Assembly: GCF_006345805.1 (NCBI RefSeq)
Contig: NC_043001.1
Span: 54,374,001 to 54,438,000, forward strand
Direction: 5' to 3'
DNA from: Octopus sinensis
Taxonomy: Eukaryota
DNA length: 64,000 nt
Below, in pieces: positions 27,636 through 42,552 of the stretch (the first letter of the stretch is position 1; the number at the start of each line of letters is the position of its first letter). The notes beneath the pieces are model-generated. The model was not told the origin of the DNA. It did no database searches and saw only the letters and a list, made by a program, of their open reading frames with translations. A program made the position numbers and the translations under genes.

Positions 27636-27763
27636 CTCCTATATACTTATAAAATAATCTTCATATATTTTTTGTGCATTCCCATCTTCATTCTTTTCTT
27701 CCATACTACTAATTGTGTGGATTAGTAACAATTTGTGTGTTTGTGTATCTGTGATTATGTGTG

Positions 27764-27840
<77 letters not shown>

Positions 27841-28298
27841 CATACATATATATATATATTATATATATGGGAAAGATACATATATATATATATATATATA
27901 TGGGGAAGAAAGAGATAGAAAGAGAAAAGTGTTATAGATGATAACATACATATAAATATGCATAGGTACATACACATATTCATCAATATTTCTGAACTTA
28001 ACTTTGGCATGCGAAACTTAAAATGTTTTTCTGGATATAGGCACTTGAAACTAAGTTACTATTTAATTCAGTTAGTTGCAGTAAAGCCGTGATATATAAT
28101 GTTAAATACTTAGCTGTAGGAAAAATTTATCACTGTATACAGAATTGTAAAAAATTACGATAATAGAATCTATTATGGTAAGTTATTCCCTGTATATTTG
28201 TATATCTGTATATATTTTTTTAATGAATGTAAATGGAATAACAAATACATGCACTTTGTAGATAGACAGTTACATGTATATGCATAACTATACATACG

Positions 28299-28341
<43 letters not shown>

Positions 28342-28488
28342 ATGTTTCCATATTACATATGTATACATATATCGATATGTGTGTGTGTAAGAATATATCA
28401 ATGTATGCATACATATGTATATTTATATATACACACACACAGATATATGCGTATATATATATGTGTGTGTGTATCCGTCCACACATGA

Positions 28489-28519
<31 letters not shown>

Positions 28520-29122
28520 CATACATACATAATACATACATGCATACACACACACACACATACATACATACATACATACATACATACATACATACATACA
28601 TACATAATACATACATACATACATACATATATTGACTTAACTAGTAAAGAGTTAGCGGGCAACCAATTAATAATTCATTTAAGCACATTCGTTTGTGAGC
28701 CTGAAACACAGCAAAAATCCAAGTTTCTATACTAAGAATTTCGTGATCTGAATTTGGAAAATTCGTTTACAGAGTTACCTTCACGTTTGACTCAATCCAA
28801 AACATTAACAAATTACCGCATAAAGCAAGAAAAATCTCCTGACAATAACTTCCTATGAGCCCTATAGGGTTAGGGTTAGGGTTTTATCTTTTATCCACCA
28901 CCCTCATTCTCCTTTCCTACACTACCTCTATGGCGTACCTATACCGCACCTGGTTATCATTTTACCTGTCTCCACCTATCCCAAAATGAGTAACTTGCTA
29001 AAGACTATATAAAACCGAAAAGAATCTAAGGCATAATCTAACGAATGCAAGCAAGCCAAAACTGTAAGGACATCGTCATCCTTTGTCTGGTAAAAATTTG
29101 ATAAATATGTATGCTTCACAAA

Positions 29123-29390
29123 GTGGAGGCACATGGCCTAGTGGTTAGAACAGCGGAATCGCGGTCGAGGGATCGCGGATTCGAATCTCAGACCGAGCGA
29201 TGTGTGTACTTATGAGCGAAACACCTAAGCTACACGCGGCTCCGGCAGAAGGTAATGGCGAACTTCTGCTAACTCTTTCGCCACAACTTTCTCTCACTTT
29301 TTCCTCTTGCAGCTCACCTGCGACGGACCGGCGTCCTGTCCACGGGAAACCGGCGCTTATAAGCCAGGCATGCCTCGAGAAGGAACAAGA
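29123..29390 (+). mobile_element. tRNA-derived SINE family C
   Basis: gtggaggcacatggcctagtggttagaacagcgg head; body similar to 26304-26474. Confidence 0.85.
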
Positions 29391-29514
29391 AATGCTTCTC
29401 AAAGGTATTGTGCAATCTTTGAGTTTGATTTTAAATTTTTGTACGTAACAAGACATTTAAAATGAATCTAATATATACATATAGATATGTATATGCATAT
29501 ATACATATATATAT

Positions 29515-29592
<78 letters not shown>

Positions 29593-29832
29593 CATCCATG
29601 CACACACACACACATACACACGCGATCCAAATAAGACAAAGAAATTCTGTAACACATCTTTAATGATCAGTTACAATTGTTTCCTTGCCGCTCTGCTTGC
29701 AACTCCAGTTTATGCAAAAATTTGAAGTGAAAATTTACATAATATTTGCGGTTTTTAGACATTAGAGTGGCGCTTCGTCGGACTCACATCAAAGGTGCGC
29801 TCTTCCATCGTGCGTCTTCCAAACATTGTTTT

Positions 29833-29919
<87 letters not shown>

Positions 29920-30746
29920 ATAATGTTTCGAGACGGTCATTTTTTTTCTTGCCAAAAACACATGCACTATATATTCGTTCTTCACTTGTTTATTATTGCT
30001 TTTATTTTATGTCCCTTACTGGAAGTCTTTCGTCACACGCCTGTGATCTCTTCAGCGACTCTCATCCCACGTATCTCCTCCTTCTCTATTTAGACCATTC
30101 TCAAGAAAGAAATGACCCTCCTGAAATATAACAATGACTGTTTCAACAGACGATTTCACATCAGGAATCTTGCGTAACAAATACAAAAAAACTAAGTCTG
30201 TGTGTGTGTGTGTGAGTAATGTGGAAATTAACTAGTCGTTACTAAAATTAGTTATACTATATATAATCGAAATACGGAGCTTAACAGATCATTACATTGA
30301 GGTCTTTGCTTCCTTTCTTCGTGAGTAAATTGGAAATGGAAAACTAAGAGTAATGATGTCAAGTCACGATTACTTATTGAGTCAGGGTTCAAATACATTT
30401 TGTACGAGACATAGGGACAGGGCATATTGAAATGGTTTTACTACTAGTATTTCTCGTTTTAAAAAAGTCATGTCTCAAACAGTCAGTTCAATGTTTCAAA
30501 TACAATAGAAGATAGGAAAGATAGAAGATATTTAAAATTTGAAATATTAATAACTCAGGCGTTCTAAGGAAATACTCTCTTACTACTTACTTCTCTTCTC
30601 TCATTTTCTCCCTCTGTATATACACGTATCTATATGTGTGTAAGTGTGTGAGCATCTCTACAAGAGATTAAAGTAGTAACTCTAGGGGCTAGAAATGGTG
30701 GTAACATGCGGAAGAGCTATGTTAAAGTGGCGACAAACATTACTTC

Positions 30747-30786
<40 letters not shown>

Positions 30787-31439
30787 ACATGCACACGTAA
30801 TATACGCATATATATACTAACACGCATTTTGCCTTGTCTATTCCCATCCTCAATGCAGAGGGACGGAAACCATGAACCCATGAACGCGTTTCTTGGTCTC
30901 CGATTCCTGGTTGTTGCATGGTGGCACCCATATATCCGAACTTGGTAATTTTTTTTTAGGTAATTCTTTGGCATTGCATGTTGAATGGCTCTGGTGTTTT
31001 ATCGCTGACATGGCTTTTGACTTCTTTGTATCTTATCAATTGTTTCCCGTTCCCAATCTACATTTTCTGCATATCTCCGTTTTTGTTGATCTTGTTCCTG
31101 CTTTGACTGTGAAGTTTGCAACAGGAAAAAGAATTTCTTGGCTTGAACAATCTTACAAGGTAATCTGGATCTTTTCGTAGAATGCTTCTATTTGATTTTC
31201 ACGTACATTTGTAATTAAAACAGAAAAGAAAATTCAACGTAGACATGTTAAACATGATAAAAATATGCAAGGTTTTATATTTATATGATTAGGTTCCGGA
31301 GTAAACGGACCTTAAGCAACTAATCACAACGAATGTTCATTTTCTGAGAGAAAGTAGAACGATTATCTTTGAGTAACACACAATGACACCCATAAAAACT
31401 CTTTAGGAACAATTTTAGCAAAGCGGTTTTGGGGTAATC

Positions 31440-31860
31440 TCCAACGTTTACTGTTCAATCAACAGAGTAGAACAGGAATTGACAACAACTTGGCAAGACA
31501 GAATAGAATATTTATCAAGACGACAACCATACATCACACTGAGAGACCACAAGGTCACCTCCTTGGCAAAGCCCCAATGCAAACTAATCCACGTAGTTAG
31601 GCGTATTCGGCAAAACAATAGGCTTAAAAGAAGTATATACAATATTTAACAAGTGATAGAGGTAGTGCAATGAATCATCAGTGAATCCATCATCAACTGA
31701 TTTAATGATAAACATAACAAAATGTACAAATTACTACAATCTGATATTGTAGAATTTAACCCAATAAAAGCACTGGTCATTTGCAACCGCCAACAGCTAA
31801 CAAATAAGCATAGTAATGCGCTCAACAAAGAACTTGTTCGACAAAATTACAAAACGTTTT
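31440..31860 (+). mobile_element. Penelope-like RT fragment
   Basis: DRIEYLSRRQPYITLRDHK...PQCKLI and LQSDIVEF resemble PLE RT motifs FITLKDHK/CRLINP/QFDI. Confidence 0.7.
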
Positions 31861-34512
31861 ACATGCAATAACAGCTGTTTGACACATTCCACAATAACAG
31901 CTTTTCGACACTCTATCAGCAGTATCCAGACACTAAACCAGCGGGTTGAGACGATTTCATAACTCATCAAGCTTCTTGCATATGCTAACAGCTTTGCCGT
32001 GTCTGTAGATTTTATCTTGAGCTGTAAGAACTCTTGATGAAGTCTTCCAGGTCGCAGTCTGAATGATCACTTGTCTGAAGATAACCTTTACCATTTTTCA
32101 CGTCTCGGACTACTGGAGCTATCACCAGATTTCAAAAGGATCGTTCTTACCTTGAGATACAGACATTTTGCTTAAATAAAACTGCGCGTCCACTCTAGTT
32201 GGATCATCCAAACATGACGTATCCTCTACACCCCCTGGCTTCCGATAAGAAGTGCAAAGTCCTGGAAAACGTGATCTTAGACCGACCGACCGACCGACCT
32301 AGCATCGCTCAGCAAGTACACTTGCTTCGAAATCGAAATCACTTGAGGTAGAAAATGTAACAGAACTCACTAAACTACTTCCAGAGAAACAGATATTTTG
32401 TTCAAAAGAAAAAGATACTCATTTTTTCAGGTGTTACTGAAAAGCCTTTTAAATTCTTTTTTCTATTTTCATTCTTAAAATTCCCAGTTCACCATGCCAG
32501 AATGTTTCTTTTCAATCTTGTCGGTTACAAGCTTTAGCCTTTTTTTAATGTTTATGTTTTTGTTTGTTTGTTTTTCTAGTTTTATTTTGGAGTGTGAGAA
32601 TCTCACATACCTTCTTCTTTTGTGTATATTTTGCTAAGTTTTACAATATCCGCATCTCACTTTTCTCTTTCTGGATAACACTTAAGTTGAGGAATGTTTG
32701 TTCGTTCAGTTGCTGTTTTTGGTTCTATTGTTATTAATGATCTACTTGTTGCATTCTTGTTGATATTTTGGGGGGGATTTTGTTGCTTTTTATGTTCTCG
32801 TTGCAATCGCTGGTTTCTTTGTTCTTACTTCTTTTGTTTAGCTTCAGGTTAATTCTGACTGAAAATACCGAATAAAAGCATTCCAACCTTCGCTATCTAA
32901 AACTACATTAAGATGGTACAGCGTTAGTTGATGGAAAGAGTACTCTTATTTCTAGTACGCTGGATGACCATATAGTGGCTTCTTCATTGGTTCATTGTCG
33001 TGGAATGTGTTTCTGTCTTCTCTGCCCTTCGTCAAGCCAGCCTTTCTACTTTTGAAGAATTAATGACAAATTATGTTTAATCAACGTAAGTCAATAAAAC
33101 TATATTTAGTTTCGCGGTGAAGTTAGTATCTGTAGTGAAACCACAGAGGTGCTCCTAACCCACGCTATATTGATGCTATAGTTATTACGACCTGACAATC
33201 AACATTGCACCATTACGTAAATATATAGAGAATATAATGTATAATTGCACCGAGGAGACAACAAATGCTGGTATTGTATTTGCCTGGTGTGAAATTATTT
33301 TCTATTATTCTAAATTTACGGTTGACGACCTGTAGGTCTATAAAGTAGAATCATTGATACTGAAAGTAAAATACAAATGTAGCTCAAGAGGATACACGAA
33401 AGGGATTGCTAGCAATTTAAACACAGAAGTTGTAAATAACTTGCACTTAAAATAGTACAGATACAAAAACAAATCGTTAATTTTTTTTTTTAAATAAAAC
33501 ATTTCTTGCTACACATGATGTCAAATTTGAAATCACAGAAAGGTTGATTTAGAAAGCTATGTATTGTAAGAATAGTGAATTCATTTGAAAGCTACATATT
33601 TGCAGAATGTAAAGATTCATATTTGTCAGGTGTGACAAAGAAAAAGAAATAGCACCATATTTTAAACAGAAAACTGACAGAGGAAAATGGTATTATATTG
33701 AATTCTCTGATGTAATTGTGAGCGATTTTCTATCAATACGAGACAGCAAGTAGTTTTCTATAAATAAAAAAACAGTCGAGAATATTGTCTTTCTTTTATA
33801 ATATTAAAGGAATCCATTTTGGGATCAGTCAATCCTAGGAGTAAATAATTTAATTTCTCCCGTAAAAAGATAATGCAGCTACCAATCTGGATTTGAATTT
33901 TTGCCAAGAACTATAATCGACAAAATTTTAATTGAAGCGGAAATGGTACACCTCATTTGAACAAAATGTGAACGCGTCTTTGCCATCACCCACTACTAAA
34001 TTATCTGACAGAATAGTGCGGCTGTGTCTTGGCACCACATTGGGATGTTGTTGTATAAATGGAACAAGCTACAAAATTAAATAAGTGGCAGGATATTACA
34101 GCGTTGGACAAAACGTCTCACGGAATCTCAACCGACTTTTTACGATCTAACTTCAAATCCCGTCGAAGACAACATTACTTTTCGTCTTTTCGGGGTCGAA
34201 TGAAATAAAATACCAGTCAAGTAGATTGTTGACTTCAAAAATTTGAAACTATTACTATAGTTGTCGTTGTTGATGATGATGATGTTGATGATGCTGACGA
34301 CGACGACGATGATGTTGTTATTGTCGGATCACACACTCCAACACAAACAAAATAAAGAATTCGTTAACTTCATCGCAATAAACACAAGCAATAAATATTA
34401 ATTGTTCATACAAGCATAACACACAATAACTACAGTACATTAGCTAATAGCATTCCAGCACATATAAAAAAATATCCAAATATCACAACACACGTATATC
34501 ATCTGTAAAGTA

Positions 34513-35347
34513 CGTGGTCTGATCAATAAGTATCCGGACTGTTGCCATAGTATCGACCTCAAACTCTATTGTGCATGAGCACTAAGTTTTAAAGTTCTAT
34601 CTCACTTCCCCTGTTTACAGCAGTGCTTGGAAGGGAGGTATGTAGCGTGTGATCATCACAATGACTATGATAGAGTGATTTGAACAGAGAATCTGCATCA
34701 TATTTTGCCAAAACCTTGGCGATACCTGCTCAGAGGCCTACACAAAGTTTTCAAAGAATTTTCATCATTCTCGACACACTCAAGGAGATCTTGTGCTACT
34801 GAAACCCGAGTGTCTTTTTGGTCAGCTGAAAGCAGTCTTGGCAGAAACTTGGCAGACACGCGTTTCATACCCAAATAATGGACCGAACTGAAGCGTAAGT
34901 AATCTGCACATCTTCTGATAACTCACGGATGGTGATTCGACGATTTATGCTCACATCTCCACGCATATCTGCGATGTTTTTCTCAATTCTACTGGTTGCG
35001 AGTCTCTCAGAACTTTCGTCAATATCGACATTTTTTTAGCCATCTTGGAAACGTCTGAACCAGTCGTATACTTGTGTGCGATTCATACACTCCTCTCCAT
35101 ACACTTTCTGCAACTTTGCGTAGGCCTCTGAGCAGGTTTTGCCATGACAACTTTCTCTGTTGTGGTCAATGCGACGATCATACACACCTTGCTTCCAAAC
35201 ACACTGTTGCAAACAGTGGAATTGAGCTATAACGTTAGAACTTAGTGCATTTGCACAGCAGAGTCAATATTTGTTAAGATGCTTCACTCTGCGCGCTTTA
35301 GTATCGTTACCATGACAACAGCCCGGATACTTATTGATAGGACCTCG
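34513..35347. mobile_element. Non-autonomous mariner derivative built from two inverted 5' ends
   Basis: TIRs cgtggtctgatcaataagtatccgg / ccggatacttattgataggacctcg; EQRICIIFCQNLGDTCSEAY on plus, GKTCSEAYAKLQKVYGEECMNRTQVYDWFRRF on minus. Confidence 0.85.
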
Positions 35348-35479
35348 CAAATATCCCAAAAGAAGAAATATAAACAAAAGACCGTATAAATAACTGCCTG
35401 TGAAAATAGCCTACAGCCAGTCGGAAGGACAGAATAAGGCAAGTGGGCCTTTCTCACCTTCTTCCCTCCGACTAGCGTC

Positions 35480-35960
35480 TTTTCTTAGAATAGGCAGTAT
35501 AAATGCATGAGATCTGCAGCCACTTGCTCAACGACTTCAACTCGCTACATATAAATGTGGTGACCATCAGCGAGTCCAAAATTTCGGAGCCACCATCCTT
35601 CACTCTCGTTTTCAGTGCATTCAAGATGTCCACAAGCTGACCAGGATTGGAAACTGGAGTGGCTGTGTTGTTTAGAAAAATATCAGGATCTCACAATACA
35701 CATTCTCTTCATAAACACGAAAATATGTTTCTGATCCTGGACGTGAGCAGTAGCGAAGTGGAGTGCTTTCAAACTAGTAGCTTTCTACGACCCGTTAAGG
35801 GCGGAGCAATCAAATTTCTTAGGTGTCTGGAGGTTTTCCATGGAACGTCCCGTTCTTTAGTGCCAGTGGGCGTTTAAAATGTCATCTTTGCATGTTTGGA
35901 TTGTAAAGGGCTGGCTGATAGGAGAGAGAGTTCGATCCACATTCCAAGTTACCAAAAGAA
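35480..35960 (+). mobile_element. L1/Tx1-like APE endonuclease fragment
   Basis: LRIGSINA, VVTISESK, GVAVLFRK. Confidence 0.6.
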
Positions 35961-37077
35961 CTACAGGTTTTATTTTCCAACCGAGGTTAAATATATGTTA
36001 ATCCAAACATATGGCTTTTTATTACGTATTTATACATCATGATTATTTCTATAGTCACCACTTACACGCAGACTCCATATTCTGACCGCTGAAAAATCGT
36101 ACTATTAAATATTTACTTCTTTTTCTTTTCTTATTTTAATGTTGATGAATTGATGTAATATTTTCATTATTAAGATTGCATAAACCACCAGTATGACTGC
36201 CTTGATCTATCAAACGATTTGTTCGGTTGTGCTAAAGTTGTCTGATAATCAATTATTTACTAACTGTTATTAACAGCTGGGTGGAAATACGTTTTTGCTA
36301 ATATTTCAAATGCTTCTGAGTCATCTTTGAAGAATTCACCACGCATCACCATATTCATTAATTACATTAGATAGTTGGGTGCCGTATCAAAGGTTGTAAC
36401 TATTTAATTTTTATTTCAATACTTTACAATCAATTTATTCCAGTCACAGATAGTTGAAGCTACGTATAGTGTAATTTATTTGTGTTTGTATGTTATTCAA
36501 GATCGTTCAAAGTTTAGATATTCCGAGCAATGTTTGTACATACTATTTGCTGATGCAAGTCTTTCATTAGTCTTTCAGATTCTAAGGTTTCACTTTAAAT
36601 ATTCCATTCTGGCTAGGAGGATAATGTACGAACGAACAAGGCATAAAGAAAATCAAAAGTTCGTATTTCACTATTAGTGTTGAATTTAAATAAACTTTTC
36701 TAATTAGCTGTTCACAAATTCCAGGATAACAACGATTTAATGAAATAGATTTTCACGTTAACAAAGTTGTTTGTTTCAACCCAAGCATAGTTCAGAAGGA
36801 ATCTGCTACATCCAGGCTTTCCCCATGCGTACGAGTATTTCCTAATAATGATAGTTTCACAAAGGCATTGACATACAGTTATCTGTTTAACGGACACATA
36901 CCTAGGAAATGATAATTTGTTCGAAAGAACACAAAGGCAGTTAGCCATGGGACTGAGCCACGATGATTTGTTCCTCAAATTATATTTTCACCATGATACG
37001 CAAGTAGAATCTTTTACCAAGCTGATCCTGAGGAACAATTAAATCTGCTCATCAGAGTTAAGTTGTTGTAGTTGCTG

Positions 37078-37242
37078 TCTTCTTCTTCTTCTTCTTCTTC
37101 TTCTTCTTCTTCTTCTTCTTCTTCTTCTTCTTCTTCTTCTTCTACTTCTTCTTCTTCTACTTCTTTTTCTTCTTCTTCTTCTTCTTCTTCTTCTTCTTCT
37201 TCTTCTTCTTCTTCTTCTTCTTCTTCTTCTTCTTCTTCTTCC
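37078..37242. repeat. (TCT)n microsatellite
   Basis: Direct reading. Confidence 0.97.
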
Positions 37243-37526
37243 AATCAGGACTCACGCCATTAGCCACAAAGAATAATCTCTAATTCGAGCCTACTCTAAG
37301 TTACTAAGAATGCGTGTGGCAACTTGAAGATCTACCCACCACACGCGATAGACTGGTGGTTGCACGGGCGCGAAAGCTACGTTGCTATCCTCATTCTGTA
37401 AACGGTGGCTTTTAACGGGTGGAGAGCCGAACCATCCTGAGGTACAGAGGATTCTCAATCTAGACTAGGGTCTGAAAGTTTACCACACCATAATGGGTTA
37501 CCCCATGTTTCCTCGGATTTGTGCAG

Positions 37527-37718
37527 AAGTAGGAAGAAAGAGTGAGAGAAAGTTGTGGTGAAAGGGTATAGCAGGGTTCACCACCCTCCTCCGCCGGAGC
37601 GTCGTGGAGCTTAGGTGTTTTTGCTCAATAAACACACAATGCCCGATCTGGGAATCAAAATCGCGTTCTTACGACCGCGAGTCCGCTGCCCTAACCACTG
37701 GACCATTGCGCCTCCACT
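37527..37718 (-). mobile_element. tRNA-derived SINE family C
   Basis: Reverse complement of the gtggaggcgcaatggtccagtggttag head. Confidence 0.85.
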
Positions 37719-38227
37719 GTTGTTGCTGTTGCTGTTGTTGTTTAATGCGAGGTAGACCCTATTCGGGCAGACCTATATCAAAGGTAGACATGCTTTAACC
37801 ATCCCGAGTAAGCCACAATGTATCTAGTACTATGCTGTCAATATGTTCGTTTAAAAAGCACTTTGCTCTGTAATTTTGATATAATTATGTAAAGGCTTCC
37901 TCGTTGGCAATGAATCTTCATAAGAAAACTTAACTCAGAAATATATGATCATATCCTTCAGGCCCCTGATAAAAAGGTTATTTTGCAGGCTATGAGAAAC
38001 CAGAACATATCTCATGTATTATATTATACGCCATGCATCAAAAATCAGCGGAAGGTTATATGTGATAAATAGAATCCTTCCATACAATAATTGTTAATGA
38101 AATTACATGGGTTAAAAGATACAGTTAATTAAAACTCCTGAAATATCTTAATTGCAATGACTTTATACTATTTTGAATGCCATATTACTAATAATTTGAC
38201 AGAATTTAATATTTCGTGGCTAATAAT

Positions 38228-38640
38228 GCGGCGAGGTGGCAGAACCATTAGCACTCCGGATAAAATGCTTAGCAACATTTCGTCTATCTTTACATTCTGA
38301 GTTCAAATGCCGCCAAAGTCGACTTTGCCATTCATCCTTTTGGGCGTCGATAAATTAAGTACCAGTTGAATACTAGGGTTAATATAATCGACTTAGCTCC
38401 TCTCACGAACATGCTAGCTTTTGAAACCAATATTTTGTTAGCACGCCGGGCGGAATGCGTAGCCGTATTTCGTCTGCCGTTACGTTCTGAGTTCAAATTC
38501 CGCCGAGTCCTTCCGGGGTCGATGAATTAAGTACCAATTACGCACTGGGGTCGATGTAATCGACTTAATCCGTTTGTCTGTCCTTGTTTGTCCCCTCTAT
38601 ATTTAGCCCCTTGTGGGTAATAAAGAAACAAATATTTTGT
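38228..38640 (+). mobile_element. Two adjacent SINE family A copies
   Basis: Same core as 23159-23520. Confidence 0.85.
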
Positions 38641-39534
38641 TAACATTAATTGTCATCGTTTCCGGTTCTTTACGTTCTGAGTTCAAGTCCAGCCGAGATT
38701 AATTCTGCTTTTATTTTAATTCTCGGCTGGAAGATTAACAAACATAGCGTATTTAACATCAGCCAATTATGGCTAAAGGCAATCTAGATCGCTGTGTGGC
38801 TCGACTATACATTCTTTAAGATCTCTTTGAATATAATTTATAAATGCGAATTGGTGAATGGGTAAAAATGTTGTCTGATAAAATCCCTTGTCCTATTTGC
38901 TCTGGCTGTCTGCATCAGAAGTCGCTACCCCCCGACCCCAGATCAACATTGTCGTTCATTATTTCGTGATCAATAAAAAAAAAGAGCAAGTTCAGGACAG
39001 CAGATTGGTCAAGTGATTGGCCTTGTAATATCTGTTATAGCTTTCAAATTCCATCTAGAAATGTAAATTCCACCTATAACCAGAGCTGATCACCCGCCCG
39101 CGAGACTATAGTTGATTATGGATGCTGCAATGGATGAAGTTTGCTTAGTGGTTAAGGCGTTGCAGTCACGATCACTAAATCGTGATTTCGTTTCCCAGAC
39201 CGGCTGAGCAATGTGTTCTTTGGCAAAATACTTATTTTCACGTTGCTCCAGTCTACTCCGCTGTAAATCGATAACCTTAAGACGACCTGGCGTACAAGGG
39301 GGGAAACGGTAACTCAGTAAAATCTCCCGAACAGTGATCTTGCGAGCTACGTTTCGTATTCAGTGATCGAAAGTATGAATAGAACAACTCGTGCTGGCTG
39401 GGACTGATTATTCAGTCTTGCCGAAGGACAACAAAGGATGATGTTTGTCTACTTTTGAAATCAATCAATAATTATATGATTATTAATGTAATATAATTAA
39501 TGTAATATAATTCTTTTTTTTTTCTACGCTAAGT

Positions 39535-39918
39535 TCAAGGCCCTAAATTTAGGGGGAAGGAGCCAATCGATTATATCGACCCCAGTGCGTAACTGGTATT
39601 TATTTAATCGACCCCGAAAGGATGAAAGGCAATGTCGACCTCGGCGGAATTTGAACTCAGAACGTAGCGGCAAACGAAGTACCTATTTCTTTACTACCCA
39701 CAAGGGGCTAAACACAGAGAGAGCAAACAAGGACAGACACACGGATTAAGTCGATTATATCAACCCCAGTGCGTAACTGGTACTTATATTTAATCGACCC
39801 CGAAAGGATGAAAGGCAAAGTCGACCTCGGCGGAATTTGAACTCAGAACGTAGTGGCAGACGAAATACGGCTACGCCTTTCGCCCGGCGTGCTAACGTTT
39901 CTACCAGCTCGCCGCCTT
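39535..39918 (-). mobile_element. SINE family A with duplicated core
   Basis: Reverse complement of the 23159-23520 type. Confidence 0.88.
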
Positions 39919-41719
39919 AATGTAATATAATAAATGAAACAGTCGTCAGTTATTCAGTGTTGCTAATGCTTCACTCAATGAGCCGTACATTTGTTTTTTT
40001 TTTAATACACAAGCTCTTATACTAAAAAAAAATTTTTTAACCTTTCCGAAAATGCTGCCATTACCTCATGCGCTGAGTTGTACCACTTTACAGATTTATG
40101 AACTAAGCAACAAGAATACAGCACAGCGCCTGCGACATATAATCAGTCTAAGTCGGTTGCTTTGTTAATTGTTCGAGATTGAAATAAATCAGCGAACTCT
40201 GTCGATAATTTGGCTTCATTTTATAGTTGGTTTATTAAGCGATCTTCCTAGGATTATCCTTCCCAAGGTTCAAAGCTTTATTATATGGTTTGATTCAAAA
40301 CTTAAAATGAAGAAGGCTTTGTTGGAAATATGTCTGGCACTCTATTTTTCAACAGCAGAACAAAAAGTATTAACCACTCTTCTTAATTATGTGTTCCTAC
40401 TTATTTGAATGCCAAATCAGAAGATATCTAACTTTGCGCAACTCTTGAAAACCTTTGTGCTTTTGAACTGATAAACGAGGAGTGATGTTAATTTCTTATC
40501 ATTAGCACATTTTCACCAAGAAAAAAACGTCAGAAATTTTTGGAAGCTTTAAATCATTGTGTTGACTTTTCTTCCCGACAAATAAAAGTACTTTTTCCTC
40601 TTGTGTGTAGCACCATTTAGTGATTGTTTTCTATTCTGTCTCTGTATCAGCGACGTAGAAACTTCTGTATTAGTACAGGCAGCTTCATCATTTTTTTTTA
40701 TAATGTTCAACAAATTTAAATACTTCTTAATCATTTCAAATCAGCCTTTAGAAGCCGAATTTTTTTTCCGCTAAAAGTTTCACTGCAAACCATCGAACAA
40801 ACGTTTAGCTTTATTATCACCATCATGCTGATCGCTACAATATGTTAAGTCTTATCCCTTTTCCAGACACTCAAGGGCCGGTTCCCTTTAAGCATTACAT
40901 TAGGTCTATGAAAACATAAGGTTTGACCAGTTATCGGAGTAGTTTCTGGAACCCTGGACTTTTCTCTCTGGTTACATATAGATTTTACTGTTAACGCTAT
41001 CAGCTTTACTGTTTTGGCAATGTGATTGATTTTTTCCTCTCGCATCAACTCTTTATATCTAGTTTGATATCCATTTTCAATACTCGTATTGTTCCTTTTT
41101 GCACCACTGCATTCAGTTCCACTTGATAGCTTCTTTTCAGACAACATGAATTGTAGGTAAATCTAACAGCGCCAAAGATCAGCAATTATCCGTAACAAAT
41201 GTGTAGTAAAAAAAAGAACAGCACAAGGGAAACACTGTTGAAGGAGAGCAAAAATTGTTGTCTTATTTCTATTGTTGTTGTCAGTTAACTATTCAACAGT
41301 TGGTGGGCTGTAGTGGTAATGATGGCGTCTGTTTTCGTGTTGGTGTCGGTGATAATGGGTGGCAATTTTAGTCGTGACGGTGGTCATATCATTCTTGTTA
41401 GGTGTATTGCGGCTGCTGTTACACACACACACACACACAAACTCGTCTGTGTATATAATGTGTGACTGTATATATATATATGTATGTATATATGTATGTA
41501 TGTATGCATGTATGCATGTATGTGTGCGCGCGTGTGTGTGTGTGTTCCCGCGTATGTGCATATGTGTGTGTATGTGTGTATCTTCGGGTCTACGATTGTG
41601 TTTGTCCCACAACCGCTTGCTCTTAACTTAGCGGCTCGGTAAAAAGAAACAGATAGAATAAGTATCTGGTTTTAAAATAGCTTTAATGATTGAAACAAGT
41701 ACAGGAATATACACATTGC

Positions 41720-42010
41720 TTTCAAATCTTGGCACAGGGGTAGCAATTTCGGGGGAGGCGGAATTTGAACTCAGGACGTAAAGATGGAAGAAATGCCGCT
41801 AATGGGTTCACATTTTGGCACGAATACACCATTTTGTGGGGTGAGGGAGTAAGTCGATTACATTGACAAAAGTGTTCAACTGGTCCTTATTTTATCGACC
41901 CCGAAAGGATGAAAGGCAAAGTTGATCCTGACGACATTTGAACTCAGAATATAAAGACAGACGAAATGTTGCCAGCCCAGTGTGCTAACGAAGCTGCCAG
42001 CTCGCCGCTT
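41720..42010 (-). mobile_element. SINE family A
   Basis: cgaccccgaaaggatgaaaggcaaag core; head gccagctcgccg. Confidence 0.8.
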
Positions 42011-42552
42011 CACTATTAATTATTAATTGTGCTATATAGAATGTAATGTTCTTGCTATCATTATTCGTTATCGTGATCTTAATTTTCAAGTCGAAGTATA
42101 TAAATCGAGTGTGTCACAGACATACACACACATACACACACAAGGAGACAGAAGTACACACATACACATAAAAACACGCAAACACATGAATATGCAGAAT
42201 ACATACATACATACAAACGACGTACACACATACATACATATATACATACGCACACACACACATGTGGACACACACTGACCCACACACATGCGCACAAACA
42301 AACCAAAAAAATGCAGCTTGAATAATGGACAGAGTCAACAACTATTGAAAAGGTTGCAAGACGCAACGAAAATTTTAGAAAAATATAAGGAAATGAGAGG
42401 AAATTTTACCGGTGACTGTGTTAAATAATAAGGTACTAAAAGAGAATGACTCTCCCCAGATACAAGAGAATATGCTTCAACACACGAACTCACATAAAGA
42501 ATCCTCGCAAACCAAATCCAAAAACGAAAGATATATATATATATACATATAG

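Noticed and set aside
28867-28883. Telomere-like GGGTTA repeats
   Set aside because: Fewer than three full units; not meaningful as interstitial telomere
29915-30061. Minus-strand hammerhead (CTGAAGA...GAAAC)
   Set aside because: Stems I and III do not pair convincingly; at best a relic
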